Assembly (NCBI GenBank): GCA_034114925.1
Contig: JAXEUM010000084.1
Span: 49,283-113,282 of the forward strand
Reading direction: 5' to 3'
From: Oliverpabstia sp.
Lineage (GTDB): Bacteria > Bacillota > Clostridia > Lachnospirales > Lachnospiraceae
Length of the DNA stretch: 64,000 nt
Part shown: piece after piece, positions 1 to 8,567 of the stretch
Layout of the letters: every line of letters starts with the position of its first letter
Numbering within the stretch: the stretch's first letter is position 1
Program-made: the position numbers and the translations under genes
The notes under the pieces: generated by a model
The model's database searches: none
What the model was told of the DNA's origin: nothing
The model's input: the letters and a program-made list of their open reading frames with translations, nothing else

Positions 1-573
1 AAAAAACTGGTATCTTTTATTATGGCGTTTACTCTGGTTTTATCCATGGCAGCATGTGGAAAAGAATCAGGCAGTCAGGATAGTGGAAAGGAAACGGTAG
101 AGGTAAAAGATTCTTTGGAGATTCTCACAAAGGTATGGGAAAGTTATTCTGAAGAAAACAAATTTGCCATCACAGGAGGAGATTATAACAACATGACTGA
201 TAATGCTCCGGGCAAATTTGATGTGACCGATAAAGAAAGTCTTCGTTCTCTGTTGGTGGTTCCGGAAGATGGGGCGGAACTGATTGACGATGGAGCAAGT
301 ATGATTCATATGATGAATGCAAATACTTTTACAGGAGCAGCATTCCATGTAAAAGATGCAGCGGATGTGAAGACTTTTGAAGACAGTCTGAAAGAAGCTG
401 TACTGAATAATCAGTGGATGTGCGGTTTTCCGGAAAAGCTGGTGCTTTGTCAGTTGGGAGAACAGTATGTGGTATCTGCTTTTGGAAATGGTGAGATGAT
501 TGAATATTTTAAGACACAGCTTCAGGAACAGTATCCGGGAGTTACTGTAGTGGCAGAAGAAAGTTTGGTATAG
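1..573 (+). CDS. Putative secreted lipoprotein (DUF4358-like guess); 5' end probably just outside window
   Basis: Track ORF is 22..573, but the frame stays open back to nt 1 (KKLVSFI precedes M22). This gives a classic lipoprotein signal peptide ending in the lipobox LSMAAC|G. There is a 1-nt gap to the MBOAT gene. Confidence 0.6.
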   Translation, partial: KKLVSFIMAFTLVLSMAACGKESGSQDSGKETVEVKDSLEILTKVWESYSEENKFAITGGDYNNMTDNAPGKFDVTDKESLRSLLVVPEDGAELIDDGASMIHMMNANTFTGAAFHVKDAADVKTFEDSLKEAVLNNQWMCGFPEKLVLCQLGEQYVVSAFGNGEMIEYFKTQLQEQYPGVTVVAEESLV

Positions 574-574
574 T

Positions 575-1969
575 ATGGTATTTTCAAGTATTCCATTTTT
601 ATATTATTTTCTTCCGTTGGTTCTGATTTGTTATTTTGCAGTTCCATTTAGGTTTAAGAATTTTATTTTGCTGATTTTCAGTCTGGTGTTTTATTCCTGG
701 GGAGAACCCCGCTATATTATTTTGATGGTATTTTCTATTATAATGGCATATGCGGAGGGATTTCTTCTGGGAAAGACACAGGGGAAAAAGGCAGCAGTGG
801 TTTTGGCAGCAGCCTGTTGTGTACACATCGGGCTGCTGATCTGTTTTAAGTATGCAGATTTTCTGATTGAAAATGTGAATGCGGTGGGAGGGCATATTCC
901 CCTGATAAAACTTGCACTTCCTGTAGGCATAAGCTTTTATACTTTTCAAATTCTCAGTTACCTGGTGGATGTATATCGAAAAAACTGTCAGGTACAGAAA
1001 AATCTGATTTCTTTTGGAGCGTATGTTTCCATGTTTCCCCAGTTGATTGCCGGTCCCATTGTTCGATATAGTGATATCGAGAAGCAATTGGTATACAGAA
1101 CCCACACTGTGGATCAGGCTGCATTGGGAATTCGCAGATTTATGTTGGGAATGGGGAAAAAGGTACTGCTGGCAAACAGTCTGGGAAAATTATGTGATAT
1201 TTTTCAAATGACATCAGATCCGTCGGTTTTATATTATTGGCTATATGCTATTGCATTTTGTCTGCAGATTTATTTCGATTTTTCCGGATACAGTGATATG
1301 GCAATCGGGTTGGGAAAAATTTTCGGTTTTCATTTTCCGGAGAATTTCGATTATCCTTATGTCTCAAAAAGTATTCAGGAATTCTGGAGACGGTGGCATA
1401 TGACGCTAGGTTCCTGGTTTCGAGATTATGTGTATATTCCTATGGGAGGAAATCGGGTAAGTAAAGGTCGGTGGTTTTTCAATATAGCCACAGTATGGTT
1501 TCTTACTGGTTTGTGGCATGGAGCTGCATGGAATTTTGTGGTTTGGGGATTGATGTTTGCTGTATTACTGTTAGTGGAAAAGGCAGGATTTTTACATTTC
1601 CTGAACAGACATAAAATATTTTCCCATATTTATGTAATGTTGATGGTGGCAGTCAGTTTTGTCATTTTCAATGCGGCTGATATGAAGGAAGCCTTGCAGT
1701 ATTTGCAGGTGATGTTTACCGGGGGGAATCTTCCGTTCCTATCTCAGGAATTTTTGTATTATCTGAGAAGTTACGGGGTGATTTTGCTGTTGGCAGTTGT
1801 TGGCGCAACACCGATGATTCCGGAAAGTATAAAAAAATTGAGAGAAAAAAAATGGGGAAATACGATATTGAATATAGTAGAACCGATTTTTCTTGTATTG
1901 CTTTTTGTGGTGATCACCAGCTTTCTGGTGAACGACTCCTATAATCCTTTCTTGTATTTTAGATTCTAA
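575..1969 (+). CDS. MBOAT family O-acyltransferase (AlgI/DltB/PatA-like)
   Basis: 464-aa polytopic membrane protein. AlgI-type blocks are present: QLIAGPIVRY, FDFSGYSDMAIG, FWRRWHMTLGSWFRDYVYIP(M)GGN, WHGAAWNF (catalytic His region). Confidence 0.9.
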   Translation: MVFSSIPFLYYFLPLVLICYFAVPFRFKNFILLIFSLVFYSWGEPRYIILMVFSIIMAYAEGFLLGKTQGKKAAVVLAAACCVHIGLLICFKYADFLIENVNAVGGHIPLIKLALPVGISFYTFQILSYLVDVYRKNCQVQKNLISFGAYVSMFPQLIAGPIVRYSDIEKQLVYRTHTVDQAALGIRRFMLGMGKKVLLANSLGKLCDIFQMTSDPSVLYYWLYAIAFCLQIYFDFSGYSDMAIGLGKIFGFHFPENFDYPYVSKSIQEFWRRWHMTLGSWFRDYVYIPMGGNRVSKGRWFFNIATVWFLTGLWHGAAWNFVVWGLMFAVLLLVEKAGFLHFLNRHKIFSHIYVMLMVAVSFVIFNAADMKEALQYLQVMFTGGNLPFLSQEFLYYLRSYGVILLLAVVGATPMIPESIKKLREKKWGNTILNIVEPIFLVLLFVVITSFLVNDSYNPFLYFRF

Positions 1970-2021
1970 AAGAAGGAATAAAAAATTAGTAGATGAAAAG
2001 TTTCGAAAGGAGTTTTGGCAA

Positions 2022-3122
2022 ATGTCAGAAAAAATCAGAAATATTGTGGTTGTATGTACTGCGGTCTGTTTTTTGGCAGGATTTTTTATCGGTTGTCTGG
2101 TGAAACCACAGGATGAAATATCCCTCAGTGAGAGAAGACAGTTGGCTCAGTTTCCTCAGGTGGGGGGAAAAGAAATTATTTCCGGAAAATTCATGAAAGA
2201 ATTTGAGAAATATGCTTCGGATCAGTTCCCGCTGAGGGAGGAGTTTCGTCAGGTTTATGGAACGGTTTCCACGGAGATTTTACGGCAATCCGATATGGAT
2301 GGACTGTATTTGATGGAAGATATGGCAATAGCAAAGGAATATCCGTTGCGTGAAAAATCTCTGCAGCACGCTGTGGACATCTTTCAGAATATTTATGACC
2401 GCTATCTGAAGGAACAGGGAGGAGAAATCTATCTGTCTTTGATTCCGGATAAAAATTATTTTCTCCGGGAAGATCAAAGAGTATTATCCATGGACTATGA
2501 TTCCTTTTTTGAATACATGAAAAATGCTTTGCCTCAGATGAAGTACCTGGATATTACTCCTTACCTGGAACTGGAAGATTATTATCGGACAGATCCCCAC
2601 TGGCGGCAGGAGAAAATAGTAGATGTGGCTCAGTATCTGGCAGAACAGATGGGAACTTCTGTGCCAGGTAATTATGATGTGAACGAGGTAGATTCTTTGT
2701 TTTACGGAAGCTATGTGGGCAGAGCCGCCAGAAAGCTGCCGGGGGAAAAGATGTATTATCTGACGAATGAAGCAATGGAAAATTGTCGGGTATATGACCA
2801 TCAGAATAATCGGGAAATGGAAATGTACGATCAGAAAAAAGCGAAGGGCAGAGATCCCTATGAGATGTATCTGTCCGGTTCCCTGTCCTATGTTACCATT
2901 GAAAATCCGGAAGTGACAGAAGAAAAAGAACTGATTATTTTCAGGGATTCTTTTGGCAGCGGGATTGCGCCTTTGTTGGCAGAAGGATACAGTAAAATCA
3001 CTTTGCTGGATGTGCGGTATATCTCCAGCTATACATTAGGCTCTCTGGTGGACTTTAGTGACAGTGACGTATTGTTTTTATACAGCACCTCTGTTTTGAA
3101 TCACAGTGAGACATTAAAATAA
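2022..3122 (+). CDS. DHHW-family / AlgJ-AlgX-like acyl-transfer partner protein (N-terminal membrane anchor)
   Basis: 366 aa with one N-terminal TM (VVVCTAVCFLAGFFIGCLV) and a DPHW motif (YYRTDPHWRQE). It sits directly downstream of the MBOAT gene, the usual partner position. Confidence 0.7.
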   Translation: MSEKIRNIVVVCTAVCFLAGFFIGCLVKPQDEISLSERRQLAQFPQVGGKEIISGKFMKEFEKYASDQFPLREEFRQVYGTVSTEILRQSDMDGLYLMEDMAIAKEYPLREKSLQHAVDIFQNIYDRYLKEQGGEIYLSLIPDKNYFLREDQRVLSMDYDSFFEYMKNALPQMKYLDITPYLELEDYYRTDPHWRQEKIVDVAQYLAEQMGTSVPGNYDVNEVDSLFYGSYVGRAARKLPGEKMYYLTNEAMENCRVYDHQNNREMEMYDQKKAKGRDPYEMYLSGSLSYVTIENPEVTEEKELIIFRDSFGSGIAPLLAEGYSKITLLDVRYISSYTLGSLVDFSDSDVLFLYSTSVLNHSETLK

Positions 3123-3156
3123 TGAAATTTTTACATTAAATATAGAATTATCCTAA

Positions 3157-3185
3157 TTGAGATATTTTTAGAGGCATAGTATGAT
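3157..3185 (+). promoter_or_regulatory. Sigma-A-like promoter feeding the structured leader of the GH38 gene
   Basis: TTGAGA (3157-3162), 17-nt spacer, TATGAT (3180-3185). Confidence 0.45.
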
Positions 3186-3391
3186 GATGCCAGGGTCAAA
3201 AGGTCATAAACCACGTTGTGCTTGCACATAAGTGGTTTTATGCCTTTATGACCCGCCCCAAAATGAGGATGGAAGCGGGGCATCTGCCCCGCGATATCCG
3301 AATTTGGGGCAGAATTGTGGAAGTGCGAAGTACGAAACAATTCGTCAGGCATTTTTTGACTTTAATATTAGATGATGCCAGGGTCAAAAGG
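3183..3391. repeat. Repeat-built intergenic block: 21-bp direct repeats flanking about 167 bp of long imperfect hairpins (hairpin-repeat family B)
   Basis: GATGATGCCAGGGTCAAAAGG occurs at 3183-3203 and again at 3371-3391. Between them are hairpin 3192-3255 (GGGTCAAAAGGTCATAAACCAC ... GTGGTTTTATGCCTTTATGACCC) and hairpin 3255-3309 (CCCCAAAATGAGGATGGAAGCGGGG catctg CCCCGCGATATCCGAATTTGGGG). Segment 3312-3352 recurs at 50329-50368. Confidence 0.75.
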
Positions 3392-3424
3392 AAATAAAAG
3401 ACGAAGCCTGAAAAGGAGGACATT

Positions 3425-6400
3425 ATGTTTTTAACTGACAGAAAATTAGAGAGAAGAATCTCAGAATTACAGGAATATCGTTACAGGGATGTGAAGCATC
3501 TGGAAAGCTTCGTAGTTGCAGAAGAAACACAGGGAGTTGTAAATCCGAAACTTCCAAAATCTTTTGAGGGCTGGGATGAACTTTGTGTAGGAGATACATG
3601 GACAGGTCGTGACCGTTTCCTCTGGATGCACAGAGAAATTGAGATTCCTGCAGAATGGACAGGAAAAAAGGTTCTTGGTATCTTCGATTATGGTAATACA
3701 GGAGCAGGAAACAACTCTGGTTTTGAATCCATGTTTTATCTGAATGGAGAAATGTACCAGGGTGTGGATGTAAACCACAAAGAAGTATTTTTTAAAGAAG
3801 AGCATTGCGGAAAAGTTCTGGATGTGACCTTCCGTCTTTGGTCAGGTCTGGAAGGAGGCGGGGTTCCCACTCCGCAGGAACATAAGATTGCCCGGGCAGA
3901 TCTGGCATGGCTGGATGAGCAGGTGGACGATCTGTATTATATGGCGCTGATGGTATGGGAAACAATCAAAGAACTGAACGAATACGATCCTATCCAGCAT
4001 GACCTGAGAAAAGCATTGGATAAAGCTTTCCATTGTATTGACTGGTCTGAGCCGGGCAGCGAAGCTTTTTATGAAAGTGTCCATGAAGCTGATACCGTGT
4101 TAAATGAAGTAATTGACGGAATGGATAAGAAATCTCTGGTAAATATCCGTTGCGTAGGTCACACCCATATTGATGTGGCATGGCTTTGGAGACTGAAACA
4201 TACCCGTGAAAAATGCTCTCGTTCCTTCTCCACAGTATTGCGTTTGATGGAGCAGTATCCGGAATATATTTTCCTTCAGACACAGCCTCAGTTATATGAG
4301 TATGTAAAAGAAGAGTTTCCTGAATTATATAAAAAGATTAAAGAACGTGTGGCAGAGGGAAGATGGGAAGCAGACGGCGCCATGTGGGTGGAAGCAGACT
4401 GTAATCTGACCAGCGGTGAATCTCTCACAAGACAGATTCTCATCGGAAGTAAATTTATCAAAGATGAGTTTGGAACAGATGTGGAATATCTGTGGCTGCC
4501 GGACGTATTCGGTTATTCCTGGGCGTTGCCTCAGATTCTGAAAAAAGCCGGAATCGATATGTTTATGACAACAAAGATCAGTTGGAATCAGTATAACCGT
4601 ATGCCTCATGATACATTTAAATGGAAAGGTATTGACGGAAGCGAGGTTCTTACCCACTTTATCACCACACCGGAACCGTGGAATGAGCCAGGCTCCTGGT
4701 TCTATACCTACAATGGAAAATTGATTCCCAAGACAGTAAAAGGCTGCTGGGATGCTTACAGTGAGAAACAGATGAACAAAGATCTTCTGATTTCTTATGG
4801 ATTTGGAGACGGCGGCGGCGGAGTAAACCGTGATATGCTGGAGTGCAGAAGAAGAATTGACAAGATTCCGGGTATGCCAAACCTGAAAAGTTCCAGAGCA
4901 GGAGATTATTTCCGTGATCTGAAAGAAACAGTGAAGAACACAGATCAGTATGTAAATACCTGGGATGGAGAGTTGTATCTGGAGTACCACAGAGGAACCT
5001 ATACTAGCCAGGGTTATAACAAACGGATGAACCGTAAAATGGAACTTTTGTACCGCAGAGTAGAATGGCTTGCCGTACTGGATGCTCTGAAGAAAAAAGA
5101 TATCCGTTTTGCAAAACAGGAAGAGCTGACTACAGGATGGAAACATATTCTTACAGATCAGTTCCATGACATTATCCCTGGTTCTTCCATCCATGAGGTA
5201 TATGAAGATTCCCGCAAAGATTACGAATATATTGAAGGCATTGCAAGAGAAGTGGAAAATGGGGCAATTGCTGATATTACCGATCAGAATCCGAATCATT
5301 ATACTGTATTTAACGCTTCCGGCTGGAACAGAGATGAGATCATTGTGATTCCGGAAGAGCGAACAGGTATTTACCGGGATGTGAATGGAAATGAGCTTAC
5401 TGCACAGCAGGCAGGTCATGTAACTTATGTGGCAGTGAAAAATGTTCCGGCTATGGGTACAGAAGAAATTGTTTTCGAAGAAGTAAAACCGGAGGAGAAT
5501 GAAGCAAGATTCACTATTTCCGGAAAAAATATTGAAACTCCGTATTACAGTATTTCTCTGAATGCTTATGGTCAGATCACAAGACTGTATGATAAGACTT
5601 TTGACCGGGAAGTTCTTCCGGAAGGAGAAAGAGCAAATGTACTGCAGATTTTCGAAGATAAGCCAATCGATAATGATGCATGGGATATTGATATCTTCTA
5701 TCAGGAGAAAATGCGTGAAATCACAGATCTGACAAGATTTGAAGTAACCGAATGTGGTCCTTTGCAGATGAAGATCCGTATGGAATGGAGTTATATGAAT
5801 TCTACTATCTGCCAGGATATGATTCTGTACAGCACAACCAGAAGAATTGATTTTGCAACTACTGTGGATTACCATGAGAAACATCAGCTTTTGAAAGCGG
5901 CATTCCCTGTAAATATCCGTTCTACTTATGGAACTTACGATGTACAGTACGGAAATGTAAGACGCCCTAATCACTGGAATACCAGTTGGGATCAGGCTCG
6001 TTTTGAAAGCGTTGCTCACAGATGGGCAGATTTGTCTGAGAGAAACTATGGCGTCAGTCTGTTAAATGACTGCAAATACGGCCATGATATCAAAGATAAT
6101 ATCATGCGTATTACCTTACTGAAAGCAGCAACTCATCCGGATCATCTGGCAGATCAGGGTATGCATACCTTTACCTATGCCCTGCTTCCTCATGAAGGAG
6201 ATTTTGTAGAAGGAAATGTAGTACAGGAAGCATATGCTTTGAACGATCCTATGCAGGTAGTAAGCGGAAGTCTGAACCTGAATATGGAAAGTTTTGTGAC
6301 TTTCAACAATGAGCAGGTGGAAATCGATGCGGTGAAGAAATCAGAAGACGGACAGTATATTGTGGTTCGTTTCCATGAGTTCGCAGGTTCAGCCCAGAAG

Positions 6401-6547
6401 GTAACCATGACGCCGGGATTCGATTTTGAAGCATGGGCAGAATGTGATCTGAGAGAACGTCCAATCAGCGAATTCTCAAAAGAAAAAGAAATCAAAATGG
6501 ATCTCCATGCATATGAAATCAAAACAGTTTTGATAAAAATTTGCTAA
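3425..6547 (+). CDS. GH38 alpha-mannosidase (cytoplasmic, MngB/YbgG-like)
   Basis: 1040 aa, no signal peptide. GH38 N-terminal catalytic block VGHTHIDVAWLW, then WLPDVFGYS and central/C-terminal GH38 domains. SD AAAGGAGGA lies 5 nt upstream. Confidence 0.9.
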   Translation: MFLTDRKLERRISELQEYRYRDVKHLESFVVAEETQGVVNPKLPKSFEGWDELCVGDTWTGRDRFLWMHREIEIPAEWTGKKVLGIFDYGNTGAGNNSGFESMFYLNGEMYQGVDVNHKEVFFKEEHCGKVLDVTFRLWSGLEGGGVPTPQEHKIARADLAWLDEQVDDLYYMALMVWETIKELNEYDPIQHDLRKALDKAFHCIDWSEPGSEAFYESVHEADTVLNEVIDGMDKKSLVNIRCVGHTHIDVAWLWRLKHTREKCSRSFSTVLRLMEQYPEYIFLQTQPQLYEYVKEEFPELYKKIKERVAEGRWEADGAMWVEADCNLTSGESLTRQILIGSKFIKDEFGTDVEYLWLPDVFGYSWALPQILKKAGIDMFMTTKISWNQYNRMPHDTFKWKGIDGSEVLTHFITTPEPWNEPGSWFYTYNGKLIPKTVKGCWDAYSEKQMNKDLLISYGFGDGGGGVNRDMLECRRRIDKIPGMPNLKSSRAGDYFRDLKETVKNTDQYVNTWDGELYLEYHRGTYTSQGYNKRMNRKMELLYRRVEWLAVLDALKKKDIRFAKQEELTTGWKHILTDQFHDIIPGSSIHEVYEDSRKDYEYIEGIAREVENGAIADITDQNPNHYTVFNASGWNRDEIIVIPEERTGIYRDVNGNELTAQQAGHVTYVAVKNVPAMGTEEIVFEEVKPEENEARFTISGKNIETPYYSISLNAYGQITRLYDKTFDREVLPEGERANVLQIFEDKPIDNDAWDIDIFYQEKMREITDLTRFEVTECGPLQMKIRMEWSYMNSTICQDMILYSTTRRIDFATTVDYHEKHQLLKAAFPVNIRSTYGTYDVQYGNVRRPNHWNTSWDQARFESVAHRWADLSERNYGVSLLNDCKYGHDIKDNIMRITLLKAATHPDHLADQGMHTFTYALLPHEGDFVEGNVVQEAYALNDPMQVVSGSLNLNMESFVTFNNEQVEIDAVKKSEDGQYIVVRFHEFAGSAQKVTMTPGFDFEAWAECDLRERPISEFSKEKEIKMDLHAYEIKTVLIKIC

Positions 6548-6649
6548 ATGATAAAAGAATAAAGAATAAATAGAAAGTCACTGTGTGCAGAGAGTTCATG
6601 TAACCAGTGGAAGTTGCTGTGAACAGGATAAGCAGTAACCAGAAAGAAG

Positions 6650-6679
6650 GAGCCGGCTGTATTTGCTGGCTCTTTTTCT
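6650..6679 (+). terminator. Rho-independent terminator after the mannosidase gene
   Basis: GAGCCGGC tgtattt GCTGGCTC (8 bp, one G-U) followed by TTTTT. Confidence 0.6.
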
Positions 6680-6717
6680 GGTATTTTGAAAAAAATTTTG
6701 TTATACTAAGAGCCGGA

Positions 6718-6759
6718 GTAACTATTCAGTAGTCAACTGTGAGGGTACTGAACAGTTAC
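6718..6759. mobile_element. 42-bp palindromic mini-MITE (GTAAC family), copy 1
   Basis: GTAACTATTCAGTA-gtcaactgtgaggg-TACTGAACAGTTAC; arms match 13/14. Flanking octamers are GAGCCGGA (6710-6717) and GAACCGGA (6760-6767), 7/8 identical. Confidence 0.7.
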
Positions 6760-6824
6760 GAACCGGAAAATCAGGGGCTATGAATATGGCTTTATTTTTC
6801 TGGCATGAGAAGAGGAAAGATGAA

Positions 6825-8567
6825 ATGGAAAAAAAAGGTTCAAAACATTTATATAGAAAATTGATGTGGACGTATACGGCAGTATTGATATGTGTGGTGT
6901 TGGCGCTGATGGCATATTTTCTGAACAGTATGCGTCAGAAATATCTGGAGACAAATCAGGAAAGATTGGAGATCATGTATGAAGAAGCCTCCTCTTATAT
7001 GGAAAATTGTCGAAGTATTGCAGACTATCTTCATGAGGATCTTTACAAATCCAACATGGAGTTAAATGATCTTATCCATTATCTGACGGATAGTCCGGAA
7101 GAGTACCAGAAGTATCGCCTTGATACTTTTGCTCAGTATTCACTGGTGGATTATAAGGGGATGGAAGATTTTTCCAACCAGGCATTTGAAGCATATGACT
7201 CCCTGAAGAGTATCACTTATGTAAGTTATAAGAAAGGTGATATGACTTGTTTTAGTAAAAGTCAGGACGTTCTTCACAGAGAAGACGGGCAGTCGGTATT
7301 GGAGCAGATTCAGAATAATGAACTGGCTGCTGAGGGAGAATTTTCTTATGTAAAGGAAATCCGGGATCCGGTAAGTCTGGAAAGTATGGGAACCATGCTG
7401 CTTACATTTGGAATAGAAAATATAAAAGAAATCAGTCAATCCTGCCTTGCAGGAGAAATCATTATGTATAATGTTCATGAGACGGTAGTTTATGATTCAG
7501 CGGGAAAATTTTCTATAAAAGAACTGGAGAACGCCAGAAAAAATGGAAAATTGGAAGAAGAGATGAATTCCTACATCTTGATGTCAAGTTATAACAATGA
7601 GTATATGATCTGCTATATGGACAAAACCCAGGCGGCGAAGATTCCCCTCCCCCTGCTGCTAATGATTGTATCTGTAGCGATTACTGTGATTTTGCTGGGA
7701 GCAATTCTTGTACACTACTATTTGCAGAGAGTATCGACCAGATTGAATAAGATTTTGGAGTGTATGACAAAGGTTATGGGAGGAGATCTGACAGCACGTT
7801 TGGAAGCCTCTCAAAATGGAGATGAACTGGATGTCATTTCTCTTCAGTTTAATCAAATGTGTGAAAAACTGGATGAACATATTAAGAAGAGTTACCTGGC
7901 AGAGATTGAACAGAAAAATGCGGAGATGGCGGCTTTGCAAAGTCAGATCAATCCTCATTTCCTCTATAATACTCTGGAAGCTATCCGCATGAAAGCCATT
8001 TGTAATGGGGATCAGGAAGTGGGAAAGATGCTCTACAGTATGGCGGTTACATTTCGCAGTCAGTTAAAAGAAGCAGATGTGATAACCTTGGCGCAGGAGC
8101 TTCATTATTGTAAGAAATATCTGGAATTATTTGAGTACCGATATCCCAGCCAGTTTCAGTCTCATGTGGAATGTCCTTTGGAATATATGAACGTACCTAT
8201 CATTAAATTTGTTCTTCAGCCGGTGATCGAAAATTATTTTATTCATGGTATCCGTCTTCGGGAAAAGGATAATCGTATTGAGATTACCGTAGAAAAACGG
8301 GGAGAAGACTTTGAGATTCTTGTAGAAGATAATGGACGGGGAATGAGTGAAGAAGAAATCAGAGAGAAGAATCGGCAGCTACAGGAAAATAAGATGGATG
8401 AGCGAAAATCCATTGGAATTTCCAATGTCAACCGCCGTATCAAAGCGGTATATGGAAATGCATATGGAGTTCGCATGGAAAAAGCAGTTTCAGGCGGTGT
8501 GCGAGTAATCATCAAATTCCGTCCGGAAAAAGGAGAAGAAGAGAATGAAAACAGTGATGATTGTTGA
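6825..8567 (+). CDS. Sensor histidine kinase, YesM/LytS-type (HAMP + His_kinase + HATPase)
   Basis: QINPHFLYNTLEAIRMKA H-box region and C-terminal ATPase (VEDNGRGM, IGISNVNRRIKAVYG). Two TM segments bracket an approximately 250-aa extracytoplasmic domain. Start moved to ATG 6825 (SD AAGAGGA 7 nt upstream); the track ORF starts at 6780. Confidence 0.85.
   Translation: MEKKGSKHLYRKLMWTYTAVLICVVLALMAYFLNSMRQKYLETNQERLEIMYEEASSYMENCRSIADYLHEDLYKSNMELNDLIHYLTDSPEEYQKYRLDTFAQYSLVDYKGMEDFSNQAFEAYDSLKSITYVSYKKGDMTCFSKSQDVLHREDGQSVLEQIQNNELAAEGEFSYVKEIRDPVSLESMGTMLLTFGIENIKEISQSCLAGEIIMYNVHETVVYDSAGKFSIKELENARKNGKLEEEMNSYILMSSYNNEYMICYMDKTQAAKIPLPLLLMIVSVAITVILLGAILVHYYLQRVSTRLNKILECMTKVMGGDLTARLEASQNGDELDVISLQFNQMCEKLDEHIKKSYLAEIEQKNAEMAALQSQINPHFLYNTLEAIRMKAICNGDQEVGKMLYSMAVTFRSQLKEADVITLAQELHYCKKYLELFEYRYPSQFQSHVECPLEYMNVPIIKFVLQPVIENYFIHGIRLREKDNRIEITVEKRGEDFEILVEDNGRGMSEEEIREKNRQLQENKMDERKSIGISNVNRRIKAVYGNAYGVRMEKAVSGGVRVIIKFRPEKGEEENENSDDC

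Noticed and set aside
3131-3423. Minus-strand ORFs 3131..3352 and 3238..3423, plus short MPDELF... / MPGSKG... peptides starting inside the repeats (also near 50368 and at 30080/30160).
   Set aside because: They lie wholly in hairpin-repeat DNA and have no SD. Their similarity is explained by the nucleotide repeat itself.
4325-6019. A 564-aa ORF on the minus strand, entirely antisense to the GH38 mannosidase gene.
   Set aside because: Its triplets are in exact codon register with the sense gene; both have lowest coordinates congruent to 2 mod 3. It therefore stays open simply because the sense gene avoids TTA, CTA and TCA codons. The product is I/F/S/C-rich low-complexity sequence with no SD and no recognisable motif. 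The same explanation fits the other long antisense ORFs (30382..31248 opposite typA, 37872..38741 opposite secA, 42197..42970, 28174..28773, 15425..16153, 11029..11697 and 13963..14604).
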